A DNA stretch of 46,413 bases from Lepidodermella squamata. Lineage: Eukaryota; Animalia; Gastrotricha. The position numbers and the translations under genes were made by a program. Below the pieces are notes generated by a model that made no database searches, was not told the origin of the DNA, and saw nothing but the letters and a program-made list of their open reading frames with translations. Position 1 is the first letter of the stretch, and every line of letters starts with the position of its first letter. Below are positions 1-10,248 of the stretch, piece after piece. Location: assembly GCA_047495785.1 (NCBI GenBank), contig JBLDXI010000112.1, forward strand, positions 1 through 46,413. The letters run 5' to 3'.

Positions 1-142
1 AAAATATTAATTTCGAGGGTTGTGAATTTTGATCTTGAGTGAAATTCTGTGCTGGCGTTTCCGTCCATGTCTTTTTCTCAAAGACCCGATCTTGAATTTC
101 AGTAGTCTCGAAGAGGTTATTGACGATCTCTTGTTGAAGCAT
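1..142 (-). CDS. 5' end of an ORF running off the window edge (MLQQEIVNNLFETTEIQDRVFEKKTW...), possibly the major capsid protein
   Basis: ATG at 142-140, open to the edge. Identity is inferred only from its position downstream of the ATPase/PZ/minor capsid block. Confidence 0.4.
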   Translation of the reverse strand, partial: MLQQEIVNNLFETTEIQDRVFEKKTWTETPAQNFTQDQNSQPSKLIF

Positions 143-156
143 AATTTACCAAAGGA

Positions 157-459
157 TTAGATTTTTTTAAATCCAGAGCCTGAGTATGAATTTATATTAT
201 TTTTAATTTTGCGCTCGAGCTCCTCTATGGCTTTAAGATTAGCTGTGTCAGAGCTAGGCAGCACTTTTTCAGTCAATTTTGTTGCTACGAAACTTCCAAC
301 TTTATCTCCTGCAGCTTCTGACCCAGTTTTCAGCGCTGCTTTGACAAAATTTTGAGCTGGTTCAGTTGATGCTGCTATTATTTTGGATAAAATGTTTCTA
401 CCAACATCGACGAATCCTCGACCAGAAATGTAAACGCGCTTTCTTTTTCGATTATTCAT
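157..459 (-). CDS. Small basic virion-type protein (100 aa) with GxG motifs
   Basis: Basic N-terminus RKRKR, ISGRGF followed by a possible amphipathic helix, C-terminal YSGSGF; lies in the structural gene block. Confidence 0.7.
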   Translation of the reverse strand: MNNRKRKRVYISGRGFVDVGRNILSKIIAASTEPAQNFVKAALKTGSEAAGDKVGSFVATKLTEKVLPSSDTANLKAIEELERKIKNNINSYSGSGFKKI

Positions 460-483
460 AATTCAGCAATAACTAGATAAGCA

Positions 484-1230
484 CTAGATTATATCTATAC
501 CTATCCCCCATCTATTTTCCACAAAGTAAATCTCGTTTCCTTCTTGATTAGTAAGCCAAATTCGAATATTTTGCGTATTCGCGTTTGTGCACATTAGGAA
601 CCTTTTCTCGTTCGGAATGTAGTTGACGTGTTCCCCAAATTTTTTGTTGATAGGGCATGTAAAAATCACCGTGTTGTATTCGGGGATTACGCTATTATTA
701 ACCACGGAACAATGAACAAACATTGTATCCAGCCCCATAGTCACATCAGGGACGTTTTGGGAATTGAAATCGCGCTCATATGAGCCTATGTTGACCCCGA
801 GAAACCGGGCCATAGCTTCAGTTTCTACTATCAAAGAATAATTTTCTAAAATCCTCACACTTACGCAACTGAAAACGGTGTTGACACTTATATTTATGCC
901 AAAAATGTCTACTCCTCTTGCGTTGTCAACAGTGAAATGGCCGTTCAACTTCATCTGAAAATGCAGGTAATTGTTAAAATCTTGAAAGGTGTAAGTCCCA
1001 TCGGGGAAAACCACTTCGTAAATATCGTCATTTAGTGAGTATTCCAATATATTATTACCATAACGAGCGGAAACGTTGTGAAACGTGTCGCTGAAATGAA
1101 TATAACTAACTGCAATTCGTCTTCCAGTGAAGTCTATTTTATCATTGAGGTATCGGTCGATGGTGTTATTTCGAGAACTTCGATTATTTGAAAGATACTC
1201 TAGTGGTAAGAAAATCGGGCTCAGACTCAT
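484..1230 (-). CDS. Polinton minor capsid protein (penton-like)
   Basis: Beta-rich 248 aa protein with motifs FPDGTYTFQDFN, MFVHCSVVNNS, FGEHVNYIP and IRIWLTNQEG, typical of Polinton mCP. Confidence 0.8.
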   Translation of the reverse strand: MSLSPIFLPLEYLSNNRSSRNNTIDRYLNDKIDFTGRRIAVSYIHFSDTFHNVSARYGNNILEYSLNDDIYEVVFPDGTYTFQDFNNYLHFQMKLNGHFTVDNARGVDIFGINISVNTVFSCVSVRILENYSLIVETEAMARFLGVNIGSYERDFNSQNVPDVTMGLDTMFVHCSVVNNSVIPEYNTVIFTCPINKKFGEHVNYIPNEKRFLMCTNANTQNIRIWLTNQEGNEIYFVENRWGIGIDII

Positions 1231-1254
1231 TTTTATTTGAAACTAGATAATTCC

Positions 1255-2418
1255 CTATATGCTACACACAGTTTTATATTCTTCCTTCGTTATTTTACCA
1301 TGCTTCAGCAACAAGTCCGCAATAGAAACCAATTCGTTCCTAATTGCTTCATTGTTATTACCTGCTCTAATTTCTCCCAAACAGTGCAGCATTCGCCTTT
1401 GCGCATCCTGCAATGTCACAAAAAGCGCAGAACCAGACTGCTTAGAAATGACGAGTTCAGATTTTACGCCGGAGTGAGGTTTCGGTTTGTATCCGGTCCT
1501 GCGACAAATGTCTTGAAAATGAGACAAATCTTCTTGGGTGTATTTGTACTTTTTCGGTTCATATCGCTTCAAAATGAGATTTCTCACGCCATCAGAAATT
1601 TGCTCATCAAACACTCTGCCTTGATTCTTTTTTCTGACCCGGAGCCACCCATCATGTAAATCTTCCTTGCGTACGTAAAATCGTCCAAACTTCCGGAGAT
1701 TTTTTGGGGTTGGTTTGGTGAAACCCTCACCTAGCTGCTTGCTTTTTAATTTTTCGCGATAGTCCCTCAGAACTGCAATGTCGCGCTTAATTCTATTATA
1801 GTCATCTGAATCTCTTTTCCCTGCTCGAGTCAGATTAGAGAGCTTAACTCCTAAGACCTGCCTGTTATAAGTGGCCAAACTTACCACGGCTTCTTCTATG
1901 TCTTCTTGTTTAATTTGTTCAATTGTAGGGAAATTATGCTGACGGATGACAGCGTTCATTTCTTCTGTGTCATATGTCCTTTCTTGAGCATCCTCATTCT
2001 CCTTCGATGAGTCAGAATCAGAATCTTGTTCACTTTCATCAGTTTCTGAATTTCGCGAAGAGGCTAACCTACTTTTTTCAGGGCTCTCATACTCAAGCTT
2101 AGGGATTTTTAAAGCTACAGGAGATGCGGAGGCAGAGATAGATGGAGTGCTGTGCTTAATTATTGGTGGTTTCTTTTTAACAACTAATTCCTTGATCGAA
2201 TTTTGCAAATTACGTATTGCATCGGTGGTTGGTCGTTGGTTGATAGCTGTTTGAATGGCTGTTAGTGGACTGGGTTCGGTTTCCACCCCAAATTTGTGCT
2301 TGAGCGCATAAGAATCGCGACTTGCAAGCGCGAGGTTTTTATCATACAACTTCTCTTCTCTATCTAATTGCTCTAAAATTTTTATTTGTTCGGTGATTGA
2401 GAGTTCTTTGATCGGCAT
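1255..2418 (-). CDS. Polinton PZ-like conserved protein
   Basis: C-terminal LGEIRAGNNNEAIRNELVSIADLLLKHGKITKEEY resembles the conserved Maverick AGN helix motif; acidic/Ser-rich middle. Confidence 0.7.
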   Translation of the reverse strand: MPIKELSITEQIKILEQLDREEKLYDKNLALASRDSYALKHKFGVETEPSPLTAIQTAINQRPTTDAIRNLQNSIKELVVKKKPPIIKHSTPSISASASPVALKIPKLEYESPEKSRLASSRNSETDESEQDSDSDSSKENEDAQERTYDTEEMNAVIRQHNFPTIEQIKQEDIEEAVVSLATYNRQVLGVKLSNLTRAGKRDSDDYNRIKRDIAVLRDYREKLKSKQLGEGFTKPTPKNLRKFGRFYVRKEDLHDGWLRVRKKNQGRVFDEQISDGVRNLILKRYEPKKYKYTQEDLSHFQDICRRTGYKPKPHSGVKSELVISKQSGSALFVTLQDAQRRMLHCLGEIRAGNNNEAIRNELVSIADLLLKHGKITKEEYKTVCSI

Positions 2419-2440
2419 TTGAATTACGACTAGATTTTAC

Positions 2441-3151
2441 TTACCGAGGTTCGCCGTAAAATATTCCTGTATAATTTGCCCTTAGTTTCAACGACTTGTG
2501 TTTTATTACGCTGTCAATAATAAAAGACCCATGATTTTTATACGACGAAACGCTCAGTTCGTACTTTTTCATGAATTCATCCTTTCCGATTTCTCCAGCG
2601 TGAATTCTGTGAATTGTCTGAAGTTCCCGCCCGTCAGTCAGCTTTTTCAAAACGATAAACTGCGCATTGTCACGAATTATTTTCGGAATTTTGAAATATG
2701 ACTGGCTCAAGTATGCCACGGAGCAATTGTACTTTCGCGACCTAATAAACAAATCGCCAATGTATTTCTCTTGGCTCTTAGCATTTTCCAGACAAATATC
2801 ATCAAAGACATAGAAGTGCTGATACTTCTTGTCGAGCTTATCAAGGGGCATGACATCCGCTATATCTGTGGAAAAGTGGATGAGTGATTCGTTTATCCCT
2901 TTCATTTTCAACTCGGCTTCTTTAGCTTTCTGCAAATTTATCAAGAACTGGTATTTGTCTTCATCCAAAGTTTTAGAGTAAATGAACAGCTTATGAAAAA
3001 CCGAATTATGAATGATATTGAGCAAATCATTAGTTTTACCGGTATTGCTTGGACCGATAATAATTGCTCGGAAACAATGCTGCGGGTAAAAAGGGGTAAT
3101 ATTTAGCGGTGAAGACTCGCTTTTTGGGATTATTGAATCAAAATTGATCAT
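2441..3151 (-). CDS. A32/FtsK-like DNA packaging ATPase
   Basis: Walker A GPSNTGKT, Walker B FYVFDD, RSRKYN arginine motif, YLSQSYFKIPKIIRDN. Confidence 0.93.
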   Translation of the reverse strand: MINFDSIIPKSESSPLNITPFYPQHCFRAIIIGPSNTGKTNDLLNIIHNSVFHKLFIYSKTLDEDKYQFLINLQKAKEAELKMKGINESLIHFSTDIADVMPLDKLDKKYQHFYVFDDICLENAKSQEKYIGDLFIRSRKYNCSVAYLSQSYFKIPKIIRDNAQFIVLKKLTDGRELQTIHRIHAGEIGKDEFMKKYELSVSSYKNHGSFIIDSVIKHKSLKLRANYTGIFYGEPR

Positions 3152-3197
3152 TTACATTCCAGTTAGAAATTTCTAATGCTGTTATAAACATTGTGAA

Positions 3198-4757
3198 ATG
3201 TTCGACGGAATTATCAATAACTTACCGGTAGAATTACATCTCCCCTCTTACCCGGTCAAAGGTGAATATCGTCCCCACGGATCATTCAACAACACGCAGA
3301 AGTATAGTTACGCTGGACCAGGTACAAATTTTATACAGCGAATGAAGGAAGGATATGAAGGCATCAATGATCTGGACAAGTCAGCTAAAATTCATGACTA
3401 TTACTATTGGAAATACAAAGATCGAGAAATGAGGACAAGAGCAGACCGACTTCTAGCCGATGAAGCGTTTAAGATAGCTAGCGACAATTCGAAAAACGGA
3501 TACGAGAGAGCCATGGCGGCGTTCGTATACAAAACCTTCCACGAAGGAGGCCTGGCCGATAAATTCCATGGAGGTCGAATGCCTACAGGATACGAGCTTT
3601 CCGCTGGTAAATGCGATTTCCATGGCGATGGATACGAATTGCGGCAACTAAAGCCTGTGGATTATACCGCAACAAAATATATCGGTGAAGTTTCAAAACC
3701 GAAGAGACAGCAGAAGAAGTCAGCAGGAAACGCAGATAAACTCAAGCTTCAATCAGATAAGGAAAGCACGATAGACAAGATGAATAGCGGAACGAGCAAA
3801 GTGAATTTTCCCATTTTAGCCGATGAGTTACACAAACCGGCTAGAAAGAGATTTCCGCGGCGCAGAGTAATTCTTCACGATGTGGACGAAACATGGGGTA
3901 TGGATCTGTGCTTCATGAATGACTTAGCCGACGATAACGAAGGCTATAAATACTTGTTAACTGTTATTGATTGCTTTTCCAAATATGCATGGGCTGTCCC
4001 ATTGAAAACTAAAGACGCTAAAACTGTATTTGATGCTTTCACAACTATCATCAACAAGAGTAAAAGAAAACCGAAGAATATTTGGGTTGATGAAGGTAGT
4101 GAATTCTATAACTCAACTTTCACCAAATGGCTAAAAGCAAACAATGTCATCAGGTATTCAACGTACGAGAATTTCCATAACCCAATCATAGAGCGATTTA
4201 ATAGAACACTGAAAACAATGATGTGGAAGAGGTTTACTCTTGAAAATACTCGAAAGTGGATCGATATGATAGATTCCTTAGTAGATGAATATAACAATAA
4301 GGAACATAGATCTATTAATATGACCCCATCCGAAGCAGTGGATCCGATCAATAAAGATAGAGTATTACGAAGTCTTTACCCTAACCCCCCGCCAAAATTG
4401 AAAAGGCCAAAATTTAAGCTAAACGACATTGTCAGGATTAGTAGAATTAAAGAACTTTTCGAAAAGGGTTTTCATCCTAATTGGTCTGAAGAGTTGTTAA
4501 GAATAGTGAAGATCAATGATACATACCCTAGAACGTATAAATTGAGAGCATTAGATGGCGAGGAAGTAGTCGGAAGTTTCTATGAGCAAGAGCTATTGAA
4601 ATCTAAAATAAGCGAAAATGATTTATACGACAACAGCATTCACCGCGTTGAGAAGATATTACAAAAGAAAACGGTCAAAGGTAAGGAAATGGTGCTAATT
4701 AAATGGGCGGGCTATGATCATCCCACGTGGGAGAAAGCCGACAACCTTATAGATTGA
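3198..4757 (+). CDS. Fusion of parvovirus-type phospholipase A2, retroviral-like (rve) integrase and chromodomain
   Basis: PLA2: YAGPG, DLDKSAKIHDYYY, ADRLL. DDE: GMDL, WVDEGSEF, IIERFNRTLK. Chromodomain: RVEKILQKK...LIKWAGYDHPTWE. Confidence 0.93.
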   Translation: MFDGIINNLPVELHLPSYPVKGEYRPHGSFNNTQKYSYAGPGTNFIQRMKEGYEGINDLDKSAKIHDYYYWKYKDREMRTRADRLLADEAFKIASDNSKNGYERAMAAFVYKTFHEGGLADKFHGGRMPTGYELSAGKCDFHGDGYELRQLKPVDYTATKYIGEVSKPKRQQKKSAGNADKLKLQSDKESTIDKMNSGTSKVNFPILADELHKPARKRFPRRRVILHDVDETWGMDLCFMNDLADDNEGYKYLLTVIDCFSKYAWAVPLKTKDAKTVFDAFTTIINKSKRKPKNIWVDEGSEFYNSTFTKWLKANNVIRYSTYENFHNPIIERFNRTLKTMMWKRFTLENTRKWIDMIDSLVDEYNNKEHRSINMTPSEAVDPINKDRVLRSLYPNPPPKLKRPKFKLNDIVRISRIKELFEKGFHPNWSEELLRIVKINDTYPRTYKLRALDGEEVVGSFYEQELLKSKISENDLYDNSIHRVEKILQKKTVKGKEMVLIKWAGYDHPTWEKADNLID

Positions 4758-4765
4758 TGAGTAAT

Positions 4766-5059
4766 TCATTCATCTTTTGCGTTATTTATTATGTGTACAT
4801 TACGTATTTTGAAGTGAGAACAATTTCTCAATTTGTTCGCAATAATGTTACCGACAATTTCCTCCAATTGTTTCTCGGAAATAACCAACAATTTCTCTGT
4901 CGCGTTGAGCAGCAAATCACTCAATTTCGCCATGTTTGATATCTCTCGCCAATACTTTTTACAACTGTTTTTATGAACCTCCTTATATGCTGATATCCTT
5001 TCTTCCTCCGTCAAATATTTTTTGGGTCTACCTCTCGGCTTCTTATTGTTTGAATCCAT
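4766..5059 (-). CDS. Small AT-hook protein
   Basis: N-terminal KKPRGRPKK AT-hook; fills the gap between integrase and polB and is divergent from polB. Confidence 0.65.
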   Translation of the reverse strand: MDSNNKKPRGRPKKYLTEEERISAYKEVHKNSCKKYWREISNMAKLSDLLLNATEKLLVISEKQLEEIVGNIIANKLRNCSHFKIRNVHIINNAKDE

Positions 5060-5162
5060 TCTGAATTTTCTTATATATACATCATAAAGAGAAAATAATT
5101 TTAAGCTTTACCGGGGAGAATTTTACTTAAAGAAATATTTTCTTAATATAATATATATAACA
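5060..5162. promoter_or_regulatory. Probable bidirectional AT-rich promoter
   Basis: 103 bp gap between divergent ATGs with TATATA runs near each start. Confidence 0.4.
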
Positions 5163-8100
5163 ATGAGTAACGAAAATTTGAGCATACTTGGTCCGAAGGG
5201 TTTCCCCATTAACAAAGGTGGAAAAGCCTATAAACAGTATATTAAAGAGGGTTTTTCATACGAGGAAACGAGTAGTAAATGGTACAAAAATGGACATCCA
5301 TATGTTCAACATGTTTTAAATCCCGAAAATAGAAAGTTGATCCCTGTTAATGGTGATATATTCAATCAGTTGGTAAATGGTAATTACGTATATGAGAAGT
5401 ATAGAAACCAACTAAAGAAAGTCACCATTTTAAACAATAGAAAGATAGAAGTTGGATCAAGAGAGTTTATCAAGTTGGTTCGAAATACACACGCTTACGA
5501 TTCCAAAAATAACATATTAACCAAATACAAGAGTAGAATCAGAGATGGTTACGTATTCGATCCGATTACTGGAAAGCCTATCGTGATTGGAGGAGATAGA
5601 TATGAAAGCTTGAGAAGACATGGATATGCAATAAAAGATGATTCAAATAGGATGTGCAAAAGACAGGAAAAAGATGGTTTCGTTATCAACCCCAAAACAA
5701 TGAATAAAATCAAAATTGATGGGGATAAATTTAATCAACTGATTGCTGATGGATATAAATACGTTCAAAGCACCAATAGCTTGGAAAAAGATGATTACTT
5801 TCATATAGTTAAAATAGATGACTTTGGGCATTTCAAAAATATTCTCACTCGCACGGACATAGAGCCAACAAATAATTGTGAAATCGATTTTTACGAATAT
5901 GCAAAGAAAATCAAGCCCAAGGTTATTAACGAGTATCGGAAACTAATTAACCAGCGCGGTCCAGTAAGAGCAGTGCTGTATACATCACTTTACTACCAAG
6001 AGAATAACGGTGTTCCAACATACCAATGGAGCTCATCGAATGAGAAAGCTCCAACAATTATAAATCAGGACGATATTCCTGGTATTGTAGATAATATGTT
6101 CACACAAATGGGTTCGAGCATACAAGAGTATCATCAACGAGAGACAGGTGGGACGCTGATAGGAATAGGAAATACAAGTGTTTGCACGTTTACATACAAG
6201 CCATTAGCAGCAGGTTCTTACATAGAGACACCAAAATGGATTGCGAATAAAAAAGCAGTCATTAACGTTCAAAACAAATCAGATAATAAATGTATCGTAT
6301 GGAGCATTCTTGCTTCGCGGCATCAATTTGAAGATCATGCATATCGGGTTTCTAAATATATGAACTTTGAAAAGACAATTAATACCGACGGAATAGCTTC
6401 CCCGATTAGCATAAAAGACATATCGAAATTGGAAGACTTGAATGAAATACGCATCAACATTATTGAATGCGGGAAAATCGACAAGGAGGTCCTCTTCCCG
6501 TTTTACGTATCAGACAAGAAATTCCTAGAAGAAGTTAATCTTCTCAGAATTGTTGAGAACAAGCAAGCACATTACTGCTGGATCAAGAATCCTAGTGCAC
6601 TGTTGGCAGGAATTAACAAGCATGAGCATAAGCGATTCTGGTGTTTCAGATGCTTTCAGGGTTTTAATAGCGATGAATCCAGGCAGCATCATGTCAATGA
6701 AAAGAAGTGCAATGAGAAAGATGGAAAAGTGAAAGTTGAAATGCCTAAGGGTGAATCGGTTACTTTTAAAAATTACGCCAAGCAGTTGAAAATCCCTTTT
6801 GCATTTTATTGCGACGCAGAGAGTTTTCTCGTGAAGACCAATCAGAAAAAGGGTGCCAGCTCCACTATTTATCAAAAACATGAAGCGAACTCTTTCGGTG
6901 TTTACCTTTCAAGTGATGTCGAGGGCATTAACTCGAGGTATAAAACATTCGAGGGCGAGAAATGCACTGAAGAATTTCTTAAATATCTGATGAAACAGGA
7001 ATCCTTCTTGACTTCGTATTTGAGGAATACTAATAAAGCAATGACGCTGACAGGGCAGCAAAAAACAGAATATAACAAAGCTTCACAATGCCATATTTGT
7101 AAAGGAGCTTTTGCAGATGAGTCAGAAAAATGGAAAAAAGTGAGAGATCATGATCATTTGACAGGCTATTACAGAGGCGCAGCTCATAGTTTCTGCAATT
7201 TGAAATACAGCTACAGGAATATCAATATTCCAGTAGTATTTCATAATTTGAAAGGTTTTGATGCACATTTGATTTTACAAGCAGCGGGAAAGGTAATAGA
7301 AGAAATTAATAATAAAAGAATATCAGAATGGGAGCAATTGCCGAAGGAGCAGAAATCTCATGTGAAGAAACGTTTGTTACAGATAGGAGCCATCGCAAAT
7401 AGTTCTGAGAAATACATCTCTTTCAGCATTGGCCGATTGAGGTTCATAGACAGCCTCAACTTCATGCCGGTAAGTTTAGCTGATTTGGTACAGAATTTGA
7501 AAAAATCGAACGGTGGGTTCCCTCATCTGAAAAGCCAGTTTCCAAGATTAACAGATCTGCAACTTGACCTGATAAAGCAGAAGGGATTCTATCCGTATGA
7601 ATATATAGATGGTCCTGAAAAACTGGAGGAACCTTCACTGCCTGATATGGAACATTTCTCTACCAGTCTCCACTCGAGTTCGATTGATGGGAAATCAGGG
7701 CGAGTACCAATATCACAGGAAGCTTATGAACATGCTAAACGCGTGTATAAAGAATTTCAATGTCGAAAATTCAAAGACTATCATAGCCTTTATTTAAAAA
7801 CCGATGTTTTACTCTTAGCCGACTGTTTCGAGAGCTTCAGAGATACGTGTATGAAGTATTACACATTGGATCCTGCTCATTATTTAACAGCGCCAAGTTT
7901 GTCGTGGGATGCTATGTTGAAGAAAACTGGTGTTCGAATTGAACTATTGGAGAATGAAGATATGTTAACATTTGTAGAGGAGGGAATTCGCGGTGGGGTC
8001 AGCATAATCACTCATAGATACGCTGGAGCGAATAACAAATACATGGTTGAATATGATCGCTCAAAGCCGGACTCGTATATTTTATACTTGGATGCAAATA

Positions 8101-9404
8101 ATCTGTATGGCTATGCCATGTCGCAAGCACTACCATTAGGTCGTTACAAATGGGAAAAGAACTTAGATAAATATACCACAGATTTTATATTGAATTTAGG
8201 TGATGACGATGATATGGGATATATATTAATGGTAGATTTAGAATACCCTAATACCTTACACGATATTCATAATGATTATCCATTTTGTCCCGAACAAACA
8301 TTTTGCGAACCCAGTCCGTATATGCAAACTGTCATGCAGAATTTGAATTTATCAAAACCGCCATCTATAACAAAACTGACTCAAAATCTCAATGATAAGA
8401 CAAACTACGTCATTCATTATCGAAATCTGAGGCAGGCTCTGGAGAATGGTTTGATTTTAAAGAAGGTTCATAAGGTTCTAAGCTTCAGCCAATCGAAATG
8501 GTTGGCACCTTATATTGATTTCAATACGAAAAAGAGAAGTGAAGCTAGGAATGATTTTGAGAAAGATTTCTTCAAGCTGTTGAATAATGCAGTTTTTGGA
8601 AAGACCATGGAGAACCTTAGAAAAAGAGTAGACATCAGACTCGTTACTCAGCCCACAAAGTTACAAAAACTGATAAACAAGCCAAATTTCAAAGATGCCA
8701 AAGTTATTGCTGAAGATTTGTGCAGCGTAAATATGGCTAAGACATCTATTAAATTCGATCGCCCGATTATCGTAGGTTTCAGCGTTTTAGAATTATCGAA
8801 GACGTTGATGTATGATTTTCATTACAATGTGATCAAGAAAAAATATGGTGACAAGGCAAAGCTGTTATTCACAGACACCGATTCGCTGTGTTATCATGTC
8901 CAAGCTGAGGATATATATAAGGATATAGATAGTTATAAAGAGGTGATGGACTTTAGCGACTACCCTAAGGACCATCCATTACATTCAAACGTTAACAAGA
9001 AAGTTATTGGTAAGTTCAAAGACGAAAGTGCGGGAGGTATAACACTCTCTACTATTACTGAATTCGTCGGCTTGAGATCGAAATCCTATAGCTTCAAATC
9101 TGAAGTAATTTCAACGACTGGAGAAAATACAGAACTACATAAGGAGACATCGGTAAAGAAAGCTAAGGGTGTCGTTAAACATTGCGTAAAAAAGCAAATA
9201 CAATTTGAAAATTATAAAAATTGCGTATTAAAACATGTCTTAACAAAAGCTACATTCAATCAAATCCGATCCTTCAATCATAAGCTAGTAACTATGCAAA
9301 GTACAAAACTCGCTCTGTGCCCATACGATGATAAACGATGGGTGTGTGATGATGGTGTAACAACGCTTGCTCATGGCCATTATGGTATGATAAGTGTACA
9401 TTGA
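5163..9404 (+). CDS. polB: Protein-primed family B DNA polymerase with N-terminal repeats, zinc finger and inserted EndoVII-like domain
   Basis: Exo motifs YCDAES, FHNLKGFD, YLKTDVLLL; polymerase motifs YLDANNLYG, KLLNNAVFGK, FTDTDS; CFRC..H zinc finger; CHIC...VRDHDHLTGYYRGAAHSFCN. Confidence 0.97.
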   Translation: MSNENLSILGPKGFPINKGGKAYKQYIKEGFSYEETSSKWYKNGHPYVQHVLNPENRKLIPVNGDIFNQLVNGNYVYEKYRNQLKKVTILNNRKIEVGSREFIKLVRNTHAYDSKNNILTKYKSRIRDGYVFDPITGKPIVIGGDRYESLRRHGYAIKDDSNRMCKRQEKDGFVINPKTMNKIKIDGDKFNQLIADGYKYVQSTNSLEKDDYFHIVKIDDFGHFKNILTRTDIEPTNNCEIDFYEYAKKIKPKVINEYRKLINQRGPVRAVLYTSLYYQENNGVPTYQWSSSNEKAPTIINQDDIPGIVDNMFTQMGSSIQEYHQRETGGTLIGIGNTSVCTFTYKPLAAGSYIETPKWIANKKAVINVQNKSDNKCIVWSILASRHQFEDHAYRVSKYMNFEKTINTDGIASPISIKDISKLEDLNEIRINIIECGKIDKEVLFPFYVSDKKFLEEVNLLRIVENKQAHYCWIKNPSALLAGINKHEHKRFWCFRCFQGFNSDESRQHHVNEKKCNEKDGKVKVEMPKGESVTFKNYAKQLKIPFAFYCDAESFLVKTNQKKGASSTIYQKHEANSFGVYLSSDVEGINSRYKTFEGEKCTEEFLKYLMKQESFLTSYLRNTNKAMTLTGQQKTEYNKASQCHICKGAFADESEKWKKVRDHDHLTGYYRGAAHSFCNLKYSYRNINIPVVFHNLKGFDAHLILQAAGKVIEEINNKRISEWEQLPKEQKSHVKKRLLQIGAIANSSEKYISFSIGRLRFIDSLNFMPVSLADLVQNLKKSNGGFPHLKSQFPRLTDLQLDLIKQKGFYPYEYIDGPEKLEEPSLPDMEHFSTSLHSSSIDGKSGRVPISQEAYEHAKRVYKEFQCRKFKDYHSLYLKTDVLLLADCFESFRDTCMKYYTLDPAHYLTAPSLSWDAMLKKTGVRIELLENEDMLTFVEEGIRGGVSIITHRYAGANNKYMVEYDRSKPDSYILYLDANNLYGYAMSQALPLGRYKWEKNLDKYTTDFILNLGDDDDMGYILMVDLEYPNTLHDIHNDYPFCPEQTFCEPSPYMQTVMQNLNLSKPPSITKLTQNLNDKTNYVIHYRNLRQALENGLILKKVHKVLSFSQSKWLAPYIDFNTKKRSEARNDFEKDFFKLLNNAVFGKTMENLRKRVDIRLVTQPTKLQKLINKPNFKDAKVIAEDLCSVNMAKTSIKFDRPIIVGFSVLELSKTLMYDFHYNVIKKKYGDKAKLLFTDTDSLCYHVQAEDIYKDIDSYKEVMDFSDYPKDHPLHSNVNKKVIGKFKDESAGGITLSTITEFVGLRSKSYSFKSEVISTTGENTELHKETSVKKAKGVVKHCVKKQIQFENYKNCVLKHVLTKATFNQIRSFNHKLVTMQSTKLALCPYDDKRWVCDDGVTTLAHGHYGMISVH

Positions 9405-9817
9405 CGCCTTCGTTTTGAGGCTGTGCAACGGAAGTTTGTGATGAATCATAACTCGCTCATGCAGGAGCGACTTTCTTAATTTTGAGGTTTTGTGAGGGTT
9501 GTCTTGTAGGTGGTGAGTCATAACTCGCTCATGCAGGAGCGACTTTTCGGAACTTGGTTCCAGATTCTTTAAGGAAGCTGTCGAGAATGATGAATCATAA
9601 CTCGCTCATGCAGGAGCGACTTTTCGGAACTTGGTTCCAGATTCTTTAAGGAAGCTGTCGAGAATGATGAGTCATAACTCGCTCATGCAGGAGCGACTTT
9701 CTTAATTTTGAGGTTTTGTGAGGGTTGTCTTGTAGGTGGTGAGTCATAACTCGCTCATGCAGGAGCGACTTTCTTAATGAAAATGAAAATATAGAAAACA
9801 GAAAGCTAAATTTATTT

Positions 9818-9889
9818 TGCAGCGGGTGGGGATCGAACCCGCACCTCAAAACAACACTGCGCAATGTCTTAACCACTATGCCAGTGGGC
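9818..9889 (-). ncRNA. tRNA-like Pol III cassette, copy 1
   Basis: A box TGGCATAGTGG and B box GGTTCGATCCC at tRNA-like spacing, followed by T4 runs; no acceptor stem. Confidence 0.6.
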
Positions 9890-10248
9890 GAGGCCCAATT
9901 AATACATGTATTAGTTCCTGCTCATTGTGTTATTTGAAGGATTTTATGGTGAGTCATAACTCGCTCATGCAGGAGCGACTTTCTTAATTTTGAGGTTTTG
10001 TGAGGGTTGTCTTGTAGGTGGTGAGTCATAACTCGCTCATGCAGGAGCGACTTTTCGGATCTTGGTTCCAGATTCTTTAAGGAAGCTGTCGAGAATGATG
10101 AGTCATAACTCGCTCATGCAGGAGCGACTTTCTTAATTTTGAGGTTTTGTGAGGGTTGTCTTGTAGGTGGTGAGTCATAACTCGCTCATGCAGGAGCGAC
10201 TTTCTTAATGAAAATGAAAATATAGAAAACAGAAAGCTAAATTTATTT

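Noticed and set aside
1237-7797. Short ORFs overlapping Polinton genes (e.g. 1237-1659, 4106-4351, 6525-6881)
   Set aside because: Antisense or alternative-frame shadows of well-supported genes.
9818-9889. Functional tRNA gene
   Set aside because: No acceptor stem pairing, weak D stem and no 7 nt anticodon loop.
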